A program made the translations under genes and the position numbers. The notes under the pieces are model-generated. The model was not told where the DNA came from. It was given only the letters and a program-made list of their open reading frames with translations, and did no database searches. This document shows, in pieces, positions 48,216 to 55,862 of a DNA stretch of 64,000 bases. Position 1 is the first letter of the stretch, and each line of letters begins with the position of its first letter. This DNA comes from Candidatus Fervidifonticultor secundus (GTDB lineage Bacteria > Sysuimicrobiota > Sysuimicrobiia > Sysuimicrobiales > Humicultoraceae), in contig JAVKIP010000001.1 of assembly GCA_031459385.1 (NCBI GenBank), forward strand, positions 96,001-160,000. Direction: 5' to 3'.

Positions 48216-49229
48216 CTATGCCGTCACGGGAGATGCGATGACCCCGAGCCGCCTCTCGAGGAAGTCCGCAAACACGGCGTAGGGATCGAAGCCCACGACC
48301 CGACGGGCGTCGGTCACGAAATTGGACAGCACGTTGATGTCGTAGTAGTACCGGCGACCGTCGCGCTGGCTCACCAGGTACTCGATCCCGCCAACATCCA
48401 GCCGGGCCGCCGCGGCGATCTGCTGCACCTCGTCGAGCACCTGCGCCGGCGGCCGGTAGCCCTCGACGCGCAGGTTGGTCTTCGGCAGGTCTACCGGGCA
48501 GAGGTCCACCGCCGACTTGGCGGTCTGTGGCGGTGCCGCCGGCGCCCCCGTCCCGTCGGTCTGGCAGATGTCGGCCGGGCAGAGGTTGAACCCCGCCCCG
48601 GGATCCGGGAAGACCTTGATGGCGTACAGGAACCGGCCGTCGAGCACCTCGACCCGCACGATGTGCCCGTCCGCCGGCGCATGGTACTCCTGCACGAGGG
48701 CCACTCGGTCGATGCCCAGGTCGAGTGTCCCCGCCCGCGCAGCGGCGTCCAGGTCCTCCCAGCGGTCGAAGCGGCGGATCCCGGCGCCGCTTCCGCCGAT
48801 GTTGGGCTTCACCAGCACGGGGACGGCGAGTTCGCGGGCGGCGGCAGCGGCCTGTCGGGCGGTATTCACCACCCGGGTGCGGGGATGCGGCAGGCCCAGC
48901 CGCGCCAGCAAGGCCACCTGCGCGGCCTTGGAGAGTTCCAGGGCGAACGCCGCCGCCCCGTTCACCACCGGGACTCCCACGGACTCCAGCCACTGCAGGT
49001 AGGCGAGGGACGCGAAGATCGCGTGGCCGTGGCCCCGCACGTAGGCCGAGGGGCTCATGCGGTTGACGACGAGGTCGTAGGGCGCCCGCCGGTCGGCCGG
49101 GTCGAACGCCAGGTCTGCGGCGTGAATCCGCGCATACGGCACGCCCCGGCGGTCGAGCTCCGCGAAGAGCGGCACGAACCATTCGGGGTGTTCGTAGAGA
49201 ATGCCCAGTCGCGGCCAGGTGGTGCTCAT
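48216..49229 (-). CDS. ATP-grasp ligase (RimK/glutathione synthetase-like)
   Basis: KPNIGGSGAGI, LVQEY, GGIEY, YYDIN.LSNF. Confidence 0.85.
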   Translation of the reverse strand: MSTTWPRLGILYEHPEWFVPLFAELDRRGVPYARIHAADLAFDPADRRAPYDLVVNRMSPSAYVRGHGHAIFASLAYLQWLESVGVPVVNGAAAFALELSKAAQVALLARLGLPHPRTRVVNTARQAAAAARELAVPVLVKPNIGGSGAGIRRFDRWEDLDAAARAGTLDLGIDRVALVQEYHAPADGHIVRVEVLDGRFLYAIKVFPDPGAGFNLCPADICQTDGTGAPAAPPQTAKSAVDLCPVDLPKTNLRVEGYRPPAQVLDEVQQIAAAARLDVGGIEYLVSQRDGRRYYYDINVLSNFVTDARRVVGFDPYAVFADFLERRLGVIASPVTA

Positions 49230-49322
49230 CGCTGTCCTCCCTCATCGGCGGGCGCCCGGCGGCCGGTAAGGCCAGGTGCGCCCGCAGCGCACGTCGTGCT
49301 CGAGGTGTGTGGTGACTTCGGT

Positions 49323-49424
49323 CTACGCCGGGTGAGCAGGCGAAGGCCTGGGAGCCTTCGCCCGAGGACAGATGCAGTCCCGAGGGAGGGGGAGGTGTCG
49401 TGCGTCCTGCCACGTCGCTCGCAT
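49323..49424 (-). CDS. Putative Cys-containing leader peptide MRATWQDARHLPLPRDCICPRAKAPRPSPAHPA
   Basis: ATG 11 nt downstream of a -10 box; shares PR[DE]CICP and a hairpin with 50661..50738. Confidence 0.6.
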   Translation of the reverse strand: MRATWQDARHLPLPRDCICPRAKAPRPSPAHPA

Positions 49425-49435
49425 GTTTGCTGCTG

Positions 49436-49464
49436 ATCCTAGCACACCGGCTGCCTCCGCGCAA
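49436..49464 (-). promoter_or_regulatory. SigA-type promoter for the leader/ATP-grasp operon
   Basis: TTGCGC-17 nt-TAGGAT with extended TG. Confidence 0.6.
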
Positions 49465-49556
49465 TCCACGCGCGGAGTGCGGAGTATAGAAGGGAGTCCA
49501 TCTCCCGTCTCCGTCACATCCGAGGGAACGGCACAGGCAGGCGCGAACCCTGGGGC

Positions 49557-50576
49557 GTGGACCGACGGTGGCTGCGCCTCGCGGCGTGGGGGGCCGGAAT
49601 CCTCGTCGTCTGGTGGGGCCTCGGGCAGTTGCGGGTGCTCACCGGCACGGCGGTGGTGGTCCTCATCATCACCTTCCCGATCTACCCGCTGGTGGACTGG
49701 CTGGAGCGCCGGGGCCTGGGACGCGCCGCAGCGGCTGCCCTGGTGCTGCTGGCAGTGCTGGCCGGGCTGGCCCTCGGCCTGGCCGTGATCATCCCCTGGA
49801 TCGTCGATCAGGTGCACGTGCTGATCCGCATCGCGCCGTCCGGGATCCGGGCGGTTACCGACCTGCTGGCGCGCTGGCAGATGCAGGTCGCTGAGCCGAC
49901 CTTCCCCGCGTTGCTGCGGACGGCCTGGGAGCGCGCCGGCGAGACCGCGGTCAGCGCGGCCAACGGCCTGGCGTCGCGTCTGGTGAACACCGTGGTGGGC
50001 TGGCTGGGCCAGCTCTACCTGGTGCTGCTGCTGCCCTTCATCATCTACTTCGTCCTGCTCGACTACCGGCGGGTGCGCGACGCCGGGCTGCGGCTGCTGC
50101 CGGCGGACGCGCGTCCGCGGGTCGAGGGGCTGCTCGAGACGCTGACGCGCACCCTGCGCTGGGGGCTGTGGGCGCAGGTCGTGGTGAGCGCTGTCGTGGG
50201 CGGGCTGACAGCCGTGGGGCTCGCGCTGGCCGGCGTGCCGGGCCCGCTCGCCATCGGACTGTTCGCCGGGGTGGCCGAGGCGGTCCCCTACATCGGCGGG
50301 TTCGCCACGTACGCCGTGGCCCTGCTGGCGGCGATCCCGCAGGGCGGCGCTGCCTGGATGTGGGCCGTGGTGGTGGTCACCGCGGTGAAGCTGCTCTCCA
50401 ACGTGCTGGTGCCCCTCGTGCTGGGGAAGTTCACGCAGACCCACCCGCTGGCCATCATCGCGGCGCTCCTGGCCCTGGGGCAGCTCTTCGGCCTGGTGGG
50501 CATGTTCTTCGCCGTGCCGGTGGTGGTCATCATCCGGGAGGTGCTGGCGTGGTGGCAGGCCGCGCGGGCGACCTGA
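49557..50576 (+). CDS. AI-2E family transporter
   Basis: PLVDWLERRG, VPYIGG, HPLAII.ALL....FGLVGMFFAVP. Confidence 0.88.
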   Translation: MDRRWLRLAAWGAGILVVWWGLGQLRVLTGTAVVVLIITFPIYPLVDWLERRGLGRAAAAALVLLAVLAGLALGLAVIIPWIVDQVHVLIRIAPSGIRAVTDLLARWQMQVAEPTFPALLRTAWERAGETAVSAANGLASRLVNTVVGWLGQLYLVLLLPFIIYFVLLDYRRVRDAGLRLLPADARPRVEGLLETLTRTLRWGLWAQVVVSAVVGGLTAVGLALAGVPGPLAIGLFAGVAEAVPYIGGFATYAVALLAAIPQGGAAWMWAVVVVTAVKLLSNVLVPLVLGKFTQTHPLAIIAALLALGQLFGLVGMFFAVPVVVIIREVLAWWQAARAT

Positions 50577-50660
50577 GCCGCGCGACGCCCCCTTGCGGCA
50601 GGGCGGGCCATGTGGTAGGTACGAGGTAACCGCCGTGCCGGCGGTCTGCGAGGTTCGCCG

Positions 50661-50738
50661 ATGAGCAGGGCGAGAGCCAGCCGCTGGAACGCCGCGAGTC
50701 GTCCGCGCGAGTGCATCTGTCCGTCGCGAAGGCGATAG
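50661..50738 (+). CDS. Putative Cys-containing leader peptide MSRARASRWNAASRPRECICPSRRR
   Basis: GAGGT RBS; PRECICP; stop codon inside a 9-bp hairpin; homologous to 49323..49424. Confidence 0.6.
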   Translation: MSRARASRWNAASRPRECICPSRRR

Positions 50739-50864
50739 CCTTCGCGTTCCCCGCGTAGTCCAGTCATCTGCTGCTTTACTGCCGGGTCGGGGTGCCCGGA
50801 GGTGTGCACCGGTTCCGGGCGTGTCCGGCCCCTGGTGCCGAGAGGACGCCGGAGGTGGCGTGCG

Positions 50865-51971
50865 ATGGAGAAGCGTCGTGACCTGCAGGTGCCTGTCGCC
50901 GGTGCCGACCCCTCGTGCTGCCCGCCGGACGATGCGGAGGTGGTCAGCGACGGCTTCATGCCGCGGCGCGCGTTCCTGGCCAGGCTGTCGCAGGTTGGGC
51001 TGGCCGCGGCCGGGTGGGCCTGGCTGGCCGACCGCCCCGCGGCGGCGCAGGGCCGGCGGCGCGTGCGGCTGGCGTTCTGCAGTCAACTGCTCTGCATCAT
51101 TCCCTACGAGGTCGCCCGGCGGCAGGGCTACTACGCAGAGGAGGGTCTCGATGTCGAGCTCGTGTACTTCCGGGGCGGCAGCGCGGCCATACAGGCGCTG
51201 GTGGGCGGCGCGGTCGAGTACGCAGCCACGTCGTTCGACGTGGTGCTGGCTGCGGCGAGCCGCGGCGCCGACGTGGTGCGCTTCTTCACCACGGGCCGGC
51301 TGCCGCTGTTCGCCCTGGCCGTCGCGCCGCACGCGGCAGAGGCGGTGCGCGGGCTGCCGGACCTGCGCGGGCGCACGGTCGGCGTCTCCGCGCTTGGCAA
51401 CGCTGACCACCTGCTGGCTGGCTACCTGCTCCAGCGCGCGGGCGTGCGGCCGACGGCGGTGCAGTTCGCCGTGCTCGGGCCCAACCTCTTCGAGGCGCTG
51501 CGCGCCGGGCACGTCGACGCCGGCATGGTGCAGGAGCCCGCGGCCACGCTGCTGGAGCAGCGTGGCGGGCGCGTGCTCGTCAACCTCATGGATCTGGCGC
51601 AGGCCCGGCGCTACCTGGGCGGGCCGTACGAGTTCATGGGGGTCGCCGTGCGCGCGCCCGAGTGGCAGGAGCGGCAGGCCGAGATGCGGGCGCTGGCGCG
51701 GGCGCTGGAGCGCGCGCTGCGGTTCATCCACTACGGCACGCCGCGGCTGGTGATCGACGCGCTGCCGGCCGAACTGATCGCGGGCGGCGACCGCGCGCTG
51801 CTGGAGCAGGTGCTGGCCCGGCACCGGCGGTCGCTCTACCCGCAGGATGGTCGCATCGACCTGGCCGCGGCGCGCCGGGTCGTCGCCGTGCAGCAGCAGG
51901 CCGGGGCGCCTGTAGCCGCAGACCTCGCGCGGCTGCTCAACCCGGCCATCGCGGGGGCGGCCAGCCCGTGA
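50865..51971 (+). CDS. NitT/TauT/SsuA-family ABC substrate-binding protein with Tat signal
   Basis: PRRAFL Tat motif, EEGLDVELV..RGG, DLRGRTVGV, VDAGMVQEP. Confidence 0.87.
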   Translation: MEKRRDLQVPVAGADPSCCPPDDAEVVSDGFMPRRAFLARLSQVGLAAAGWAWLADRPAAAQGRRRVRLAFCSQLLCIIPYEVARRQGYYAEEGLDVELVYFRGGSAAIQALVGGAVEYAATSFDVVLAAASRGADVVRFFTTGRLPLFALAVAPHAAEAVRGLPDLRGRTVGVSALGNADHLLAGYLLQRAGVRPTAVQFAVLGPNLFEALRAGHVDAGMVQEPAATLLEQRGGRVLVNLMDLAQARRYLGGPYEFMGVAVRAPEWQERQAEMRALARALERALRFIHYGTPRLVIDALPAELIAGGDRALLEQVLARHRRSLYPQDGRIDLAAARRVVAVQQQAGAPVAADLARLLNPAIAGAASP

Positions 51972-52759
51972 TGGTCGGGGGCGTGGCGCTGGAGATCCGC
52001 GACCTGACCGTCGCCTACGGGCACCACGAGGTGCTGCGCGATTTGAACCTCGTGGTCCCCGAGGGACAGTTCGTGGGCCTGGTCGGTCCGTCGGGCTGCG
52101 GCAAGAGCACGCTGCTGCGGGCCGTGGCGGGGCTGGTCCCGCCGGCCCGCGGCACGCTGGCGGTGTTCGGGCGCGCGGTGACCGGGTGCGCCCCGGAGGT
52201 CGGCATGCTCTTCCAGGAAGACGCGTTGCTGCCGTGGCGCACCGCACGGGACAACGTGGCCCTCGGCCTGCGGTTTCGCGGGATGGCGGCGGGCGATGCT
52301 CGCGCCGCAGCGCGGGCCTGGCTCGAGCGCCTGGGACTGGGTGCGTTCGCTGACCACTTCCCGCACGAGCTCTCCGGCGGCATGAAGAAGCGCGTGGCGC
52401 TGGCCCAGGTGCTCGCGCCGCAGCCGCGCCTGCTGTTGATGGACGAGCCGTTCGCGAGCCTCGACGCCATCGTGCGGACGGTGCTGGAGGCGGAGTTCGC
52501 GCGGCTGGTGCGCGCCGAGGGCCTCACCGTCGTCCTGGTGACGCACGACCTGGAGGAGGCGCTGCTGCTCGCAGACCGCGTGGCCGTCCTCTCGGCCGGG
52601 CCGGCTGCGCGCATCCTGCGCGTCTACGACGTGCCGTTTCCGCACCCGCGAGACCCGGTGCACCTGCGCGGCGCGCCGGTCTTCGGCCGGCTGCTGGCGC
52701 GGCTCTGGGGCGACCTGCGCGCGGAAGTGGGCCGGATGGGCTGGGAGGTGCCGGCATGA
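51968..52759 (+). CDS. NitT/TauT-family ABC ATPase
   Basis: GPSGCGKST, LLPWRT, LSGGMKKR, MDEPF. Confidence 0.92.
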   Translation: MMVGGVALEIRDLTVAYGHHEVLRDLNLVVPEGQFVGLVGPSGCGKSTLLRAVAGLVPPARGTLAVFGRAVTGCAPEVGMLFQEDALLPWRTARDNVALGLRFRGMAAGDARAAARAWLERLGLGAFADHFPHELSGGMKKRVALAQVLAPQPRLLLMDEPFASLDAIVRTVLEAEFARLVRAEGLTVVLVTHDLEEALLLADRVAVLSAGPAARILRVYDVPFPHPRDPVHLRGAPVFGRLLARLWGDLRAEVGRMGWEVPA

Positions 52760-53652
52760 GGCGCCTGGGCGCGCTCGTGGCGCTGCTGGCGGTGTGGGAA
52801 GCGGTCGTGCGGATGGGGTGGGTCAGCCCGCTGCTGGTCCCGCCGCCGGTCGTGGTGGCCCGCGTCGTCGCCGACCTCGTGCGGGGCGGTGCGCTGTGGG
52901 GGCACGTCGGTGCGACACTGCTGGAGGCGCTGGGCGGCCTGGGGCTGGGCGTCGCCGCGGGCGGGCTCCTCGGGCTGGCCGCGGGCCTGCTGCCGCCGGT
53001 CGCGGACCTGCTGCAGCCGGCCATGGCCGTGCTGAACGCCGTGCCGCGGGTGATCCTGGCGCCGCTGCTGGTGATCTGGTTCGGGATCGGCGTGGCGTCG
53101 AAGATCGCGCTGAGCTTCCTCCTCGTGGCCGTCACCGTGTTCTTCGCCGTGTACGGCGGCATCCGCGAAACCGACCCCCGGCTGGTGGAACGGGTGCGCA
53201 CGCTGGGGGGCGATGCGTGGGCCGTGGTGCGCGAGGTCTACGCCCCGTCGGTGGGCGCCTGGGTGGTGAGCAGCCTCAAGCTGGCCGTCGGCTTCGCGTT
53301 CACGGGCGCGGTCGTGGGCGAGTTCGTCGCGTCCAGCCGTGGCCTGGGCTACCTGCTGTCGTTTGCCCAGAGCACCTACAACGCGGCCCTCACCGTGGCG
53401 CTCATCGCGCTGGTGATGGCGGTGACCCTGACGCTGTTCGCGGGGCTGGAGCGCGGGGAGCGCCGGCTGCTCCGATGGAAGCACGGTGCGCGGCCTCGAC
53501 GCGCGCCAGGATCCCGCGCCGCGGCGCCCGTCTCGGCACGTGAGACGGTGCCCGCCCCCGCGTCCGGCGAAGGAGGAGCCCGCACGCAGCCCGAAGCCCC
53601 TGGAGGTTTTTCCGATCGGCCGCCCGCGACCCGGGCGCAGGAGGTGGGGTGA
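52756..53652 (+). CDS. NitT/TauT-family ABC permease with low-complexity C-terminal tail
   Basis: VPRVILAPL...WFGIG..SK, GAVVGEF...S.GLGY. Confidence 0.9.
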   Translation: MRRLGALVALLAVWEAVVRMGWVSPLLVPPPVVVARVVADLVRGGALWGHVGATLLEALGGLGLGVAAGGLLGLAAGLLPPVADLLQPAMAVLNAVPRVILAPLLVIWFGIGVASKIALSFLLVAVTVFFAVYGGIRETDPRLVERVRTLGGDAWAVVREVYAPSVGAWVVSSLKLAVGFAFTGAVVGEFVASSRGLGYLLSFAQSTYNAALTVALIALVMAVTLTLFAGLERGERRLLRWKHGARPRRAPGSRAAAPVSARETVPAPASGEGGARTQPEAPGGFSDRPPATRAQEVG

Positions 53653-53658
53653 GTGGCG

Positions 53659-54921
53659 ATGAATTTCCTGGTGCGCGTCAGGCGGGGGGCCCTGGCGGCA
53701 GTGGTGAGTGCGGCGCTCGTCGCCGGTCTGGGGACGTGGGGCGCCGCGCAGCAGCGGACGGCGCTGCGCTTCTGGATGTCCGCGGATCCTGCCCTGGAAC
53801 AGGCGATGGACGCACTGCTCCAGGGCTATATGCGGGCCAATCCGACCGTCACGGTCCAGCGCGACGCCTTCCCGTTCATCGAGTACCACCAGAAACTGAC
53901 CACCGCCTTCGCCGCAGGCGATCCGCCCGACGTCTTCTGGATGGACGTGCGCACGGCGGCGTTCGCGGCCCAGGGCAGCCTGCTGGTGCTCGAGCGCTTC
54001 ATCACGCCGCAGAACAAAGCCGACATCCTTGAGTCGGGGTTGATCGAGCCGGTCTGGAAGGGCAAGCTCTACGGCGTGCCGATGCACGAGCTCACCGAGG
54101 GCCTGTTCGTCAACCGGGCCATGCTCGAGGAGGCGGGCATCCGCATCCCGCAGCGGCTCAACGAGGCGTGGACCTGGGACGAGTTCGTCACCATCGCGCG
54201 GCGGCTCACGAAGCGGACCGGCGAGCGCACCGACGTCTGGGGCTTCGGCGTGCTCCGGCACCTGAGCGACTGGCCGATCCTGCCCATCATCTACCAGAAC
54301 AACGGCGCGGTGTTGAGTCCCGACCTGAAGAAGGCCACCGGCTACCTGAACAGCCCGGCCACCGTCGAGGCACTGCGCTGGTACCAGGAGCTGTTCACGC
54401 GGCACCGGGTCATCGCCTTCGATCCGATTCCCGAGGGCTTCCCCACCGGGAAGATCGCGATCTTCCAGGCGCCCAGCACCTACCGCGCGGTGCTGGACCG
54501 GCGCTACCCCGACTTCAAGTACGCGGTCATCCCCATGTTCCGCGGGAAGCGCTGCGCGGTGACGGCGGGCGGGTGGAACGTGTCGATCTCGGCGAAGACC
54601 AGGCATCCTGAGGTGGCCTGGTCGCTGGTGGACTGGCTCACCCGCGAGCGCCACCAGGAGTGGGTGCGGACCAGCGGGTACCTGCCCGTGCGCAAGTCCC
54701 TGGTGCAGCGGGACCCGCAGTTCCGGCAGTACCCGTGGAGCATCTTCATAGCGCAGCTCCAGGCGTGCCAGATCCACCGGCCGCACACGCCGGCATACAA
54801 CTTCTTCTTCGACACGTTCCTGGCCATCGCCAAGGACGTGGCGCTGGGCCGGGACGTGCAGAAGGTGCTGGACGACGCGGCGGCGCGTCTGGACGTGGCG
54901 CTGGCCCGCGGCGGCCGCTAG
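53659..54921 (+). CDS. Carbohydrate-type ABC substrate-binding protein
   Basis: Signal peptide, AGDPPDV, GKLYGVP, WTWDEF; start may be 53653 or 53659. Confidence 0.88.
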   Translation: MNFLVRVRRGALAAVVSAALVAGLGTWGAAQQRTALRFWMSADPALEQAMDALLQGYMRANPTVTVQRDAFPFIEYHQKLTTAFAAGDPPDVFWMDVRTAAFAAQGSLLVLERFITPQNKADILESGLIEPVWKGKLYGVPMHELTEGLFVNRAMLEEAGIRIPQRLNEAWTWDEFVTIARRLTKRTGERTDVWGFGVLRHLSDWPILPIIYQNNGAVLSPDLKKATGYLNSPATVEALRWYQELFTRHRVIAFDPIPEGFPTGKIAIFQAPSTYRAVLDRRYPDFKYAVIPMFRGKRCAVTAGGWNVSISAKTRHPEVAWSLVDWLTRERHQEWVRTSGYLPVRKSLVQRDPQFRQYPWSIFIAQLQACQIHRPHTPAYNFFFDTFLAIAKDVALGRDVQKVLDDAAARLDVALARGGR

Positions 54922-54926
54922 CGCGC

Positions 54927-55859
54927 GTGACCTGGTCGGTGCGCCGGCGGGCGCCAGCGGCGCCCGGGGCGCGTCGGCCCCCGGGGGCGGGCCTGGCCCG
55001 CCAGCGGTACCGGGCCGCGGCGATCTTCCTGCTGCCCGCGACGGTGGGGATCGTGCTCTTTTCGCTCCTGCCGATCCTCCAGGCGCTGCGGCTGAGCCTC
55101 TTCGACTACTCGCTGCTCAGCCCAGAGCGGCTGTTCGTCGGGGGCGCCAACTACGCGCGGGCGGCGCAGGATCCCATCTTCCGCATCGCGCTGCGCAACA
55201 CGCTGGTCTACGCCGCGCTGCTCGTGGCGCTGCAGACGGTGGCCGCACTGGGGCTCGCGCTGCTCCTGAAGCGCCCGGTTCGGGGGCTGGCGTTCTTCCG
55301 CTCGGCGTTCTTCATCCCGGTGGTGACGTCGCTGGTGGTCATCAGCACGGTGTGGAAGCTGATGTACAACTCCCAGGGGGTCATCAACAGCGTGCTGGCG
55401 GCCCTGGGCCTGCCGCCGCAGCCGTTCCTGGCCAGCGCCGACCAGGCGCTGGCCAGCCTGGTGCTGATGAGCGTGTGGAAAGAGGTCGGCTTCTACATGC
55501 TCATCTTCCTGGCGGGGCTGCAGGCGATCCCCGGCGAGCTGTACGAGAGCGCGGCCATCGACGGGGCCACGGCCTGGCAGAGCTTCTGGCGGATCACGCT
55601 GCCGCTGCTGCGGCGCGCGGCGGTCTTCGTCGTCGTGGTCGGTACGATCTCGGCCTTCAAGGTGTTCACGCCGGTCTACCTGATGACCGACGGTGGACCG
55701 GCCGACAGCACCATGGTCATGGTGTTCTACATCTTCCGCACGGCCTTCCGGTACTTCGAGATGGGGTTCGCGGCGGCGATGTCGTTCGTGCTGCTGGTCG
55801 TCGTCCTGCTCCTGACCCTGGTGCAGTTCCGGCTGCTGCGCACCACGGTGGAGTACTGA
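54927..55859 (+). CDS. Carbohydrate-type ABC permease
   Basis: LAGLQAIP.ELYESA.IDGA, MTDGGP; start approximate. Confidence 0.9.
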   Translation: MTWSVRRRAPAAPGARRPPGAGLARQRYRAAAIFLLPATVGIVLFSLLPILQALRLSLFDYSLLSPERLFVGGANYARAAQDPIFRIALRNTLVYAALLVALQTVAALGLALLLKRPVRGLAFFRSAFFIPVVTSLVVISTVWKLMYNSQGVINSVLAALGLPPQPFLASADQALASLVLMSVWKEVGFYMLIFLAGLQAIPGELYESAAIDGATAWQSFWRITLPLLRRAAVFVVVVGTISAFKVFTPVYLMTDGGPADSTMVMVFYIFRTAFRYFEMGFAAAMSFVLLVVVLLLTLVQFRLLRTTVEY

Positions 55860-55862
55860 GGG

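Noticed and set aside
49323..49424. Leader peptide as a graspetide (RiPP) precursor for the ATP-grasp enzyme
   Set aside because: It lacks typical Ser/Thr/Lys-to-Asp/Glu core repeats, and a homologous copy precedes an unrelated importer, which favours a cis-regulatory role.
49230..49500. SAM-I or Cys T-box riboswitch upstream of the sulfur genes
   Set aside because: No AUCAAGAG/GCAACC SAM-I core and no TGGNACC T-box in either leader.
49323..52247. 974-aa minus-strand ORF and other long shadow ORFs (52624..54786, 54918..57125, 9457..11532, 28358..30511, 1361..3517)
   Set aside because: They are antisense or out-of-frame to well-supported genes, Arg/Pro/Gly-rich and motif-free, as expected in high-GC DNA. 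Only the last 33 codons of 49323..52247 are kept, as a leader peptide.
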